This document shows, piece by piece, positions 1-7,043 of a stretch of DNA of 41,848 nucleotides (the stretch's first letter is position 1; the number at the start of each line of letters is the position of its first letter). Both the position numbers and the translations under genes were made by a program. The notes below the pieces were generated by a model that saw only the letters and a list, made by a program, of their open reading frames with translations, did no database searches and had not been told where the DNA came from. This DNA comes from an uncultured Thermoflexus sp. (GTDB lineage Bacteria; Chloroflexota; Anaerolineae; Aggregatilineales; Aggregatilineaceae), in contig CAZVCM010000001.1 in the NCBI GenBank assembly GCA_964626105.1, positions 1 to 41,848 on the forward strand, in the 5' to 3' direction.

Positions 1-28
1 TTGTTAACAGAAATTAAATCCATTTCTA

Positions 29-178
29 TTAATCCAAGGGCAGGCGGCGCAGCTCCGGCGCCCAATCCAGGCGCGAGCCGCCTGCGCCATGCACCAGCAC
101 CAGCGGCGGGCGGTCGCGGGCCGCGCGACCTGTCCCTGCATAGTACAGCGAGCCGTCCGATAGCTCAATAGCCGGCAT
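29..178 (-). pseudogene. Truncated N-terminal fragment of an alpha/beta-hydrolase-fold protein (49 codons)
   Basis: Manual minus-strand translation from ATG at 178 gives MPAIELSDGSLYYAGTGRAARDRPPLVLVHGAGGSRLDWAPELRRLPLD*. The LVLVHGAGGS block resembles the HG oxyanion region of alpha/beta hydrolases, which are normally 250-300 aa. The frame stops (TAA 29-31) where GC-rich DNA switches to AT-rich sequence (1-35). Confidence 0.4.
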
Positions 179-280
179 GACCCACTCTCAACGCCTCAAC
201 GCCCGGCGCAATCCGAGCGCGCTCAAACGTGGTCAAGTGTACCTTTTGAGTGAGGCGCTTGCCACTTATCTCCGCGCGTT

Positions 281-309
281 TTGACGCGTCTGCCGCGCGC
301 GGCTATACT
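281..309 (+). promoter_or_regulatory. Sigma-70-like promoter candidate upstream of the Trm112-like gene
   Basis: TTGACG (281-286), 17-nt spacer, TATACT (304-309), about 40 nt upstream of ATG 351. The same GCTATACT -10 word recurs at 722-729 and 10398-10405. Confidence 0.45.
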
Positions 310-350
310 TGGCGCACTTGACGCACACGTGAGCAAAAAAGGACTGCCAC

Positions 351-614
351 ATGGCCGACGAAACCCCGCAGGAGTCCCCCATTAGCGACGACTTGCTGGA
401 ATTGCTGCGTTGCCCGGTCGCGGTGCATTACACCGATCGCGGCGATGACCCGGGCCGGTTGGAACTGGTGCACGGTTGCTGGCTTGTCTCCCACGATTCG
501 GGCTACAAGTACCCGATTCGTGACGGCATTCCGGTGATGCTGGTTGAGGTGGGTGAGAAGTATAAGGACGTGGCGGTCGAAGACCTGCCTGTTCCGCCAC
601 CTGACGACAACTGA
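351..614 (+). CDS. Trm112/UPF0434-family small protein
   Basis: 87 aa. The LLELLRCPV ... L ... YPIRDGIPVMLVEV pattern is typical of Trm112p-like/YcaR proteins. It has its own promoter-like and terminator-like signals. Confidence 0.75.
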   Translation: MADETPQESPISDDLLELLRCPVAVHYTDRGDDPGRLELVHGCWLVSHDSGYKYPIRDGIPVMLVEVGEKYKDVAVEDLPVPPPDDN

Positions 615-655
615 CGCATTCTGGCACGTCTGAACGCTTAAAGTGAAGCGCACCG

Positions 656-685
656 CGCCCGGCACGCACGCCGGGCGTTGCTGTC
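656..685 (+). terminator. Candidate intrinsic terminator after the Trm112-like gene
   Basis: CGCCCGGC (656-663) pairs with GCCGGGCG (670-677) across a 6-nt loop. It is followed by TTGCTGTCT, a weak U-tract. Confidence 0.4.
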
Positions 686-700
686 TGGGACCTCGGTCGC

Positions 701-729
701 TAGTCGATCACCCCGGCTTCTGCTATACT
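701..729 (+). promoter_or_regulatory. Extended -10 promoter candidate upstream of the STAND ATPase gene
   Basis: TGcTATACT at 721-729 (TGn plus TATACT). The -35 is weak (tagtcg, 701-706) at 17-nt spacing. Confidence 0.35.
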
Positions 730-789
730 GCACGTAAACCTTCATTTTGAATTCGATTCGTGCGCCCTGGTTGGGAAGGCAGCTTCTCC

Positions 790-3480
790 ATGAGCGACCC
801 CTCTGTTGCCCCACACGACGCGCCTTTGCGCGATCCTGACAACCTGCCGGTTCGTGCCCCGGACCTGATGCTGGGCCGTGACGCCGATATCGCGGCGGTG
901 CATCTCGCCCTCAAAGCGAACCAGCCGATCTTGCTCTATGGCGCGCCCGGCAGCGGCAAATCATCGCTGGCGGCGGCAGTCGCTGCCGAGCGGACTGGCT
1001 CGGATGGCGGCGTGCTGTGGCTGGACCTGGCTGAGGACTCACTGCGCTCGTTGCTGGTGCGCGTGGCGCGCGCCTATGGCGTGGCGTTGCGACCCGACAG
1101 CGCGCAGGACGATCAGACCGCGACCGTGCGCGAGTTGATCCGCGCGCATCGCCCGCTGATTGTGCTGGATGGGGTCGTGAACCTGCCCGCCGCACGCGCG
1201 TTTGTGGACGCCTGCTGCGCGGATTTGCCGGTGATTCTGACGCACGCGCATCGCGGCCAGGGGCCGTGGGAAAGCTACCCCATCGAGCCGCTGAACCCCG
1301 ACGACAGCGAGGCGTTGCTGATCCTGACATCTGGCCCGGAAGTTGACGCCGATGTGAGCGAGTTCAACCGTCTGGCGAATGTTACCGGCGGCTATCCATT
1401 GGCGCTCGCCATAGCGGGCCACGCGCTCGCCGCGTCCGGGTTGTCGCCGGGTGAGTTCCGTGATCGCTTGCCAGAGATGCCGCGCGGCGCAGTGAACCGC
1501 ATGCTGGCGGTGATCATGGGCGCATATCGCTTGCTGCCGTCTGCGCTGCAAGGCACACTATTCCTGTTGGGAACGTCGTTCGGCGCCGGAGTGAGCGAGG
1601 CGCTGCTGGCCGAAGTCGCTGAGGCGCCCGTGGAGACGCTCCGCCCAGCGCTACGCCAGTTGGTCCGGCGCGGCTTCGCGTCGTCGTACACGGTCTATGG
1701 CGAGCCATACTACAAGGCGCATGCGCTGGTACGGCACTTCGCCAAGGCGTTCTTGCGCGGCAAAGGGCAACTCGATTCGCTGCGCGCCCGGCATCTATCC
1801 GGCTTGCTGAGCTATGTCAAGCAGCAGACGCGCGCCAACGAACGGGCGAACCATGACCGGCTCGCGGCGGAGTTCGGCGCGATGCTGGCGGCGGCGCGCT
1901 ATGCGGCGCGGCACAACCGCACGGATCAGCTTGAAGAACTGGTGTTGCGACTTGACCCGTCCGGTGATGATGATTTCGCGGCGCGGCGCGGCTTCCAGAC
2001 CGAATTAAAATGGATGTGGCATCTACTTGATGAGCCGGCTGCGGCGAGCGTGCCGCTGCTGGCGTGGGCGCATGAGCCGGTCGAGGAAGATGTGCCGGAG
2101 CCTGCTCTTGCGGCGTATGCGCCTCGCGAGGAAGCGCCAGTTGCGGAAGCGCCAGCCCAGGAAGAAGCGCCGCCTGTGGACGCCGAGGCGCCTGTTGAAG
2201 AAACGCCTGCCGCGCCGGAGCCAGAACCGATCTCTGCCGAGCAGGATACGCTACCCGCCGGGCTGGACTATTCGACTGATCTGGAACCGCTGGACGAGGC
2301 CGACGCCGCGATCGAGGACCTGACTACCGCGCTTGAGCAGGCCAGCGAGCCGATTGACGAGCCGCTTGACGAGACGTTTGACGAACCCGTTGAACTGGAT
2401 GAAGCGCCGGAGCCAGATCTGGCTGAGCCGGTTGCCGAGGCGAGCGTCCCGCCGGACAGCGCCCCCACGCCGCCCTCAATGCCTGAAGAGACGCCCGCCG
2501 AGCCTGCGCCGCTCTCTCGCGCGGACGCGGCGCGGATGCGGCACATGGCGCAGACCGCCGCCGAGGCGCACGACACCGAGCACGCCATCGCCTATTACGC
2601 CCAGGCGCTGGAGACGTATCAGGCGAACAATGACGTGAGCGACGAGCTGGCAGCGTTGGAAGCGCTCGCCGCGCTGAGCCTGGAACGCTCCGACTATGAG
2701 AACGTGCTCAATTATGTCGATCGCGGCATGTTGCTCGCCGAACAACTCGACGACCCGCAGCGCGAGGGCAAGCTGCTGATGCTGCTTGGCGACTTGCAGG
2801 CAGAGCTTGGCCGCACCGAGGGGGCAGAGGTTGCGTTCCAAGAGGCGATTCGCGCGCTGCGCCCCAGCGAAGCGTGGCTGGAGATCGGCCAGACGCTCGA
2901 CCGGCTCGGCGCGCTGTATATGGACACCGGGCGCCCGCAAGACGCGATCGCGGTGCTAGAGCAGGCCGTGCCGATCTTTGAGCGGGTGCAGCGTGGCGAT
3001 CTGCTGGCCGAGGTGCTGGACAAGCTTGGTGTGGCGCAGGCGGAACTGCTCGATTGGACCGCCGCGCGCCGGACTTACCGCCGCGCGGTAGCGGTGGCGC
3101 GAGCATCGGGCGACCAGCGGCAGTTCTTCGAAGTGCTGTCGCGCATGGGCAGCGTGCAGGAAGAAAGCGGTGACTATATGGGCGCGCAGTCGGCATACCG
3201 GCACGCGTTGCACGTCGCCTTCGAACTGAACGATCAAGAGGCAATCGGCGAGAGCTTGCTTGCGCTGGGTCGCATGTTGATGAATGACACGCCGCAGCTC
3301 AACCGCGTGGTGCAACTGCTGGAAGAGGCGGCTGAGCGCCTGCCGGACAACGTCGAAGCGCGCCGTCTGCTGACCCGCGCCAAGACCCGCCAGGAACGCC
3401 TCACTAACGCGGGCGTGACGTTGATGCTGCCAGAGACTGATGTCCGCGCCTACGCCTCGGCGTCGATGGACGAGAGCTAG
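790..3480 (+). CDS. NB-ARC/STAND P-loop ATPase with a long acidic low-complexity linker and C-terminal TPR repeats
   Basis: Walker A LLYGAPGSGKSSLA, Walker B LIVLDGV and the NB-ARC GxP-like motif GGYPLALAIAG are present. An E/P/A/D-rich segment of about 170 aa follows. The C-terminal third carries repeated TPR-like A..Y..AL....D / LG..Y...G....A units. The ORF opens at GTG 760. ATG 790 (MSDPSV) has a GGGAAGG Shine-Dalgarno-like word upstream. Confidence 0.8.
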   Translation: MSDPSVAPHDAPLRDPDNLPVRAPDLMLGRDADIAAVHLALKANQPILLYGAPGSGKSSLAAAVAAERTGSDGGVLWLDLAEDSLRSLLVRVARAYGVALRPDSAQDDQTATVRELIRAHRPLIVLDGVVNLPAARAFVDACCADLPVILTHAHRGQGPWESYPIEPLNPDDSEALLILTSGPEVDADVSEFNRLANVTGGYPLALAIAGHALAASGLSPGEFRDRLPEMPRGAVNRMLAVIMGAYRLLPSALQGTLFLLGTSFGAGVSEALLAEVAEAPVETLRPALRQLVRRGFASSYTVYGEPYYKAHALVRHFAKAFLRGKGQLDSLRARHLSGLLSYVKQQTRANERANHDRLAAEFGAMLAAARYAARHNRTDQLEELVLRLDPSGDDDFAARRGFQTELKWMWHLLDEPAAASVPLLAWAHEPVEEDVPEPALAAYAPREEAPVAEAPAQEEAPPVDAEAPVEETPAAPEPEPISAEQDTLPAGLDYSTDLEPLDEADAAIEDLTTALEQASEPIDEPLDETFDEPVELDEAPEPDLAEPVAEASVPPDSAPTPPSMPEETPAEPAPLSRADAARMRHMAQTAAEAHDTEHAIAYYAQALETYQANNDVSDELAALEALAALSLERSDYENVLNYVDRGMLLAEQLDDPQREGKLLMLLGDLQAELGRTEGAEVAFQEAIRALRPSEAWLEIGQTLDRLGALYMDTGRPQDAIAVLEQAVPIFERVQRGDLLAEVLDKLGVAQAELLDWTAARRTYRRAVAVARASGDQRQFFEVLSRMGSVQEESGDYMGAQSAYRHALHVAFELNDQEAIGESLLALGRMLMNDTPQLNRVVQLLEEAAERLPDNVEARRLLTRAKTRQERLTNAGVTLMLPETDVRAYASASMDES

Positions 3481-3558
3481 CGGAAGGAGTTAGCGATTCG
3501 CCGCTAGCTGTTAGCGAGGAAAGAGCGATTGCAGGCCGCGAAAGGTCACGATAGGTAG

Positions 3559-3585
3559 GGGCGCAGCTCGCTGCGCCCGTTTTGC
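3559..3585 (+). terminator. Intrinsic terminator hairpin (member of a dispersed GC-rich hairpin repeat)
   Basis: GGGCGCAG (3559-3566) pairs with CTGCGCCC (3571-3578), followed by GTTTTGCTC. An outer stem CGATAGG (3549-3555) / CCTATCG (3594-3600) flanks it. The near-identical word gtaggggcgcagcttgctgcgcccgttt occurs at 17081. Confidence 0.55.
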
Positions 3586-3667
3586 TCGGCTGCCCTATCG
3601 ATTATCCGAACGGGCCGCGCTTCATCGGGTTCCTGCTAACCGCTGACGGCTAACTGCTGCTCTTGTC

Positions 3668-4822
3668 TCAATAGCGCGGCACCGACGCATCGACCTCGCG
3701 TGACCACGCGTCAATCCCACCCGCCAGATTGATCAGGTTGTCGTAGCCTGCCTCGCGCAGCGCCGCGATCAGGTTCGCGCTGCGCACGCCGGTGTGACAG
3801 AACACTACGACCGGTTGATCGCGCGGGATCTCTTGCCAGCGGGCGTTGATCTCGCTCATGGGGATATTCCGCGCGCCGTCCAGGCGGCTGATCTGAAGCT
3901 CGAATGGCTCGCGCACGTCCAGCAGGATGAGCGGCTCGCCCGCGTCCAGCCGCGCTTTGATCTGGTGCGGCGTCTGTTCGGCGGGTATGGGATCGCCGGA
4001 TACCCCGCAGAAGGCGTCGTAATCAATCAGCGCGGTGACGGTCGGGTTGTCGCCACACGCCAGGCAGCTTGCGCGCTTCGGCAGTGTGATCGTATTGAAG
4101 GTCATGTCGAGCGCGTCGTAGAGCAGCAGCCGCCCGCTGAGGACGTCCCCCGCGCCGAGGATAAGCTTGAGCGCTTCGGTCGCTTGCAGCGTGCCGATCG
4201 TGCCGGGCAGCACGCCGAGCACGCCCGCTTCCGCGCAGGACGGGACGCTGTTGGGCGGGGGTGGCTCCGGCAGCAGGCAGCGATAGCACGGCCCATCCGC
4301 CAGCCCGAAGACGCTGACCTGCCCCTCGAAGCGGAAGACGCTGCCATAGACCAGCGGCTTGCCGAGCAGGACGCACGCGTCGTTGAGCAGATAGCGCGCC
4401 GGGAAGTTATCCGTCCCATCGACGACCAGATCGTAGTCGCGGATGATGTTCAGCGCGTTGTGCCGTGTCAGGCGCGTGTGGTGCAGCTCGATGCGCACGT
4501 GCGGGTTCAGATCGCGCAGGCGACGCGCCGCCGACTCAACCTTCGGCATACCGAGCGTGCTTACGCCGTGAATCACTTGCCGCTGAAGGTTGCTCGCGTC
4601 CACCACATCGTGATCGACAAGGCCGAGCGTTCCCACCCCCGCCGCTGCCAGATAAAGCGCGCTGGCGCTGCCCAACCCGCCCGCGCCCGCAACCAGCACG
4701 CGCGCCTGTTTGAGAAGGCGCTGACCCTCGGCGCCCACGTGCGGCAAGATCAGGTGTCGGGCGTAACGCTGCTGCTCGTCGGGCGAAAGTTCTGGGGCAG
4801 GGTGCGGCGTGGTCATCGACAT
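3668..4822 (-). CDS. moeB: MoeB/ThiF-family adenylyltransferase fused to a C-terminal rhodanese domain (MoeZ/MoeBR type sulfur-carrier activating enzyme)
   Basis: The N-terminus reads YARHLILPHVGAEGQRLLKQARVLVAGAGGLGSASALYLAAAGVG..LVDHDVVDASNLQRQ. CxxC pairs CYRC and CLAC are present. The C-terminal rhodanese has the active-site loop FCHTGVRS. The start may be the third codon (ATG 4816), which is 6 nt after a GAGGA word. Confidence 0.85.
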   Translation of the reverse strand: MSMTTPHPAPELSPDEQQRYARHLILPHVGAEGQRLLKQARVLVAGAGGLGSASALYLAAAGVGTLGLVDHDVVDASNLQRQVIHGVSTLGMPKVESAARRLRDLNPHVRIELHHTRLTRHNALNIIRDYDLVVDGTDNFPARYLLNDACVLLGKPLVYGSVFRFEGQVSVFGLADGPCYRCLLPEPPPPNSVPSCAEAGVLGVLPGTIGTLQATEALKLILGAGDVLSGRLLLYDALDMTFNTITLPKRASCLACGDNPTVTALIDYDAFCGVSGDPIPAEQTPHQIKARLDAGEPLILLDVREPFELQISRLDGARNIPMSEINARWQEIPRDQPVVVFCHTGVRSANLIAALREAGYDNLINLAGGIDAWSREVDASVPRY

Positions 4823-5017
4823 TCCTCAGTTATGTATTCAGAGTGAGATCTGCGCCTAACAATACCGTCTGGCGCGCCGCGCTGCCAGGGTAGTCTGCGC
4901 GCAACCTGGCGCGCCTGGGATACGTACAGATTTTGAGAGTGCGTTACAATCGAGATCGTTGGGGGCATGTGGCTGCGTCACCGGCGCGGCCAGCGGGGCG
5001 AGGTAAAGGGTAAACGC

Positions 5018-5800
5018 ATGTTTCGACAGAGTCATCGCGGCACGATCGTCTGGCTGTTGATCGTCGGGCTGGCGCTCGCGCTCACGCTGATCGCCGGGAG
5101 CGTCCCCACGTTGGTGGGCGCCGCGTTGCTGGCGGCGTATCTGCTGTTGGTGGTGGCGATCGCGCGGAACGTGGATGTCGAGACGTTGATCGAGGCACTG
5201 CCCGCCCGTCGCGAGCCGGAAGTCGAGCCATCCGAGGTGGCGCGCGAGGCGATGGCCCGCGCCCGTACGCACCCGCGCTATGACGCCCTGATCCGCTTAA
5301 TGGACATTGGCCTGATCGTGGACGAGCCGCGCCCCGACGGCCTGTCGCTGCGGCGCGGGCGGTTTATCTCGTTGGACGACGACGGGCTGCGGCCCTTTGC
5401 GATTGTGAACGTGCCGGAGCCGCTCGCCAACCGCGTGGGGCGCGTGCGCTTTGAACTGCGCGACGAGAGTGGCGAGCCGCAGTACGTCTACGAGGCGGAC
5501 AAGTGGCTGCAGCCGGGCGAAAACGCGATCCTGCCGGATTACCGGCTGCCGATCCGCCGCAACAAGCAGGGTGACTTGCAGCCTGGCGCGTGGAGCGTGC
5601 ATTTCGAGATCGACAGCGGGATGTTAGGCGTGCACGGCTTCAGCCTGACGCCGTCGCTGGCGATGCGGCGACGCCAGATGGCCGCCGATGGCGAGCTGCG
5701 CGAGCGCGTCTGGCGCGGCGCCGACGAGGAAGACACATCCCTGCCACTGAGCCTGGAAGAACTGCTGCGCGCGCAAAGCCGCCAGCAGCATAAAGGCTAG
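5018..5800 (+). CDS. Hypothetical membrane-anchored protein, paralog A (ends in -HKG)
   Basis: The ORF opens at 4967. ATG 5018 (MFRQSH) follows GAGGTAAAGGG. Two N-terminal hydrophobic helices precede a mostly beta-looking soluble domain. It shows clear similarity to the next gene. No family was recognised. Confidence 0.55.
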   Translation: MFRQSHRGTIVWLLIVGLALALTLIAGSVPTLVGAALLAAYLLLVVAIARNVDVETLIEALPARREPEVEPSEVAREAMARARTHPRYDALIRLMDIGLIVDEPRPDGLSLRRGRFISLDDDGLRPFAIVNVPEPLANRVGRVRFELRDESGEPQYVYEADKWLQPGENAILPDYRLPIRRNKQGDLQPGAWSVHFEIDSGMLGVHGFSLTPSLAMRRRQMAADGELRERVWRGADEEDTSLPLSLEELLRAQSRQQHKG

Positions 5801-5820
5801 CGGGGCAAGCGAGGCGGTCT

Positions 5821-6492
5821 ATGGTCCTCGTGGACGATCTGTTCCTGCTGATTTTCGTTTTATTCGTGCTGTTCGCGCTATATGCATTTTTCAGCCAGGC
5901 GAGAACCTCGACGAGAGCAGGCACGCGCGGTCGCCGCGCAGCGCGCCGCAAGATCGAGCCAACCGATGCCGCCTGGGAAGCGATGGCGCGCGCCGGATAC
6001 GAGCCGAGCAGCGAGTACGTGCAGGTGGTCGATATCGGCCTGCTGGCGTACCGGCAGACCAACGAGCCGAAGCTGGTGCGCTCGGGCGGTGTGCTGATGG
6101 ACACACGCTATGTCCGCCCGTTTGCGGACCTGGTGCTGCCCTATGCCGCTAGCGGCGATGTCCGCTTCGAGTTGATCGATCACGAGGGGCGGCTGCGCTA
6201 TGCGGACGAGGCCCAGTACGATTTCCACAGCGGGCGAAACACCGTTCTGCCGGGCACGTGGCTGCCACTGGAAGGCAAGGCGATCGTGCCTGAGGACTGG
6301 ATGCTGCGCGTTCTGGCTGCCGGGACGCTGCTCGCGGCGCATCGCTTTGGCTGGCATCCGGTCGGTGGCGGGACGATTCAGCAGTATGTCGCCAGCGACG
6401 GCGAGCTGTCCGACGCGCTGCAGCAGGCGCTCAACGCTCGCCAGCGCGAGGCCGTGAGCCTGTCGGATCTGCTGTCGGATCAGGAAGAATAG
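5821..6492 (+). CDS. Hypothetical membrane-anchored protein, paralog B
   Basis: 223 aa. It has an N-terminal hydrophobic helix LFLLIFVLFVLFALYAFF. It shares with 5018-5800 the blocks (M/V)DIGL(I/L), RPFA, VRFEL.D..G, DGEL and (L/V)SL.(E/D)LL. The gap to the upstream gene is 20 nt. Confidence 0.55.
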   Translation: MVLVDDLFLLIFVLFVLFALYAFFSQARTSTRAGTRGRRAARRKIEPTDAAWEAMARAGYEPSSEYVQVVDIGLLAYRQTNEPKLVRSGGVLMDTRYVRPFADLVLPYAASGDVRFELIDHEGRLRYADEAQYDFHSGRNTVLPGTWLPLEGKAIVPEDWMLRVLAAGTLLAAHRFGWHPVGGGTIQQYVASDGELSDALQQALNARQREAVSLSDLLSDQEE

Positions 6493-6560
6493 CCGGATCT
6501 ACTCAGCGCGCCGGTTACGGGCGCGGCGCGCGATAGGAAGGATTTAGAGGAAAGGGACGT

Positions 6561-7043
6561 ATGGCAAAGGAAGCCTGGTGGGGCACGCGCAATCATGTTT
6601 CAAACCGCCTGCGCCTGGAAGTGGAGATGATGCGCGCCACTTTTGCGGACACGTTCCGCCTGACCGTGCCCCGGCGCGATCTGCTCTACTGGGTAGGCGA
6701 TGTGGAGATCAACCTGGCGGGCATTCCTCAGCGAGTGCACACGCTGAAAATCGTCTATCCTGAGGATTATCCCAATCGCCCGGCGGAAGCGTACGTGCTC
6801 AAGCCGAACGTCTATAGCGAGAAGCACCAGTACGAGGACGGGCAGTTGTGCTTGTTTAACCCGAAAGATGGCGTGACGTATGGTTGGAACCCCAGCACCT
6901 CGACCGCGGTCACAGTGGCTGGCTGGGCGATACAGTGGCTTTACGCGTATTACACCTGGCGCGCGACCAGCGTTTGGCCGGGCGTGGAAGAACGGATGCC
7001 GCCGGTGAAGGACACGCGGCGCAGGAGGAGAATGCGATGGTGA
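6561..7043 (+). CDS. UBC-fold E2-like (ubiquitin-conjugating-enzyme-like) protein, candidate catalytic Cys97
   Basis: 160 aa laid out as in the UBC fold. There is an N-terminal helix NRLRLEVEMMRATF and a beta meander. HTLKIVYPEDYPNRPAEAYVL corresponds to the UBC F.L.I.FP.DYPF.PP.V.F block. HQYEDGQLCLF corresponds to HPN...G.ICL, with the Cys codon TGC at 6849-6851. YGWNPSTSTAVTVAGWAIQWL corresponds to W.P..T...V. An RBS-like GAGGAAAGGG precedes ATG 6561. Confidence 0.75.
   Translation: MAKEAWWGTRNHVSNRLRLEVEMMRATFADTFRLTVPRRDLLYWVGDVEINLAGIPQRVHTLKIVYPEDYPNRPAEAYVLKPNVYSEKHQYEDGQLCLFNPKDGVTYGWNPSTSTAVTVAGWAIQWLYAYYTWRATSVWPGVEERMPPVKDTRRRRRMRW

Noticed and set aside
3794-4846. 350-aa plus-strand ORF antisense to moeB
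   Set aside because: Same reasoning. It is an Arg/Ala-rich shadow ORF opposite a gene with unambiguous ThiF and rhodanese motifs.
6884-7036. Upstream extension of the JAB ORF (track start 6884), and likewise 8227-8379 for the E1
   Set aside because: These extensions lie entirely within the preceding genes in another frame. Internal ATGs with overlap-type coupling (7037 after GGAGGAG; ATGA at 8380) give proteins that begin at the expected domain boundaries.
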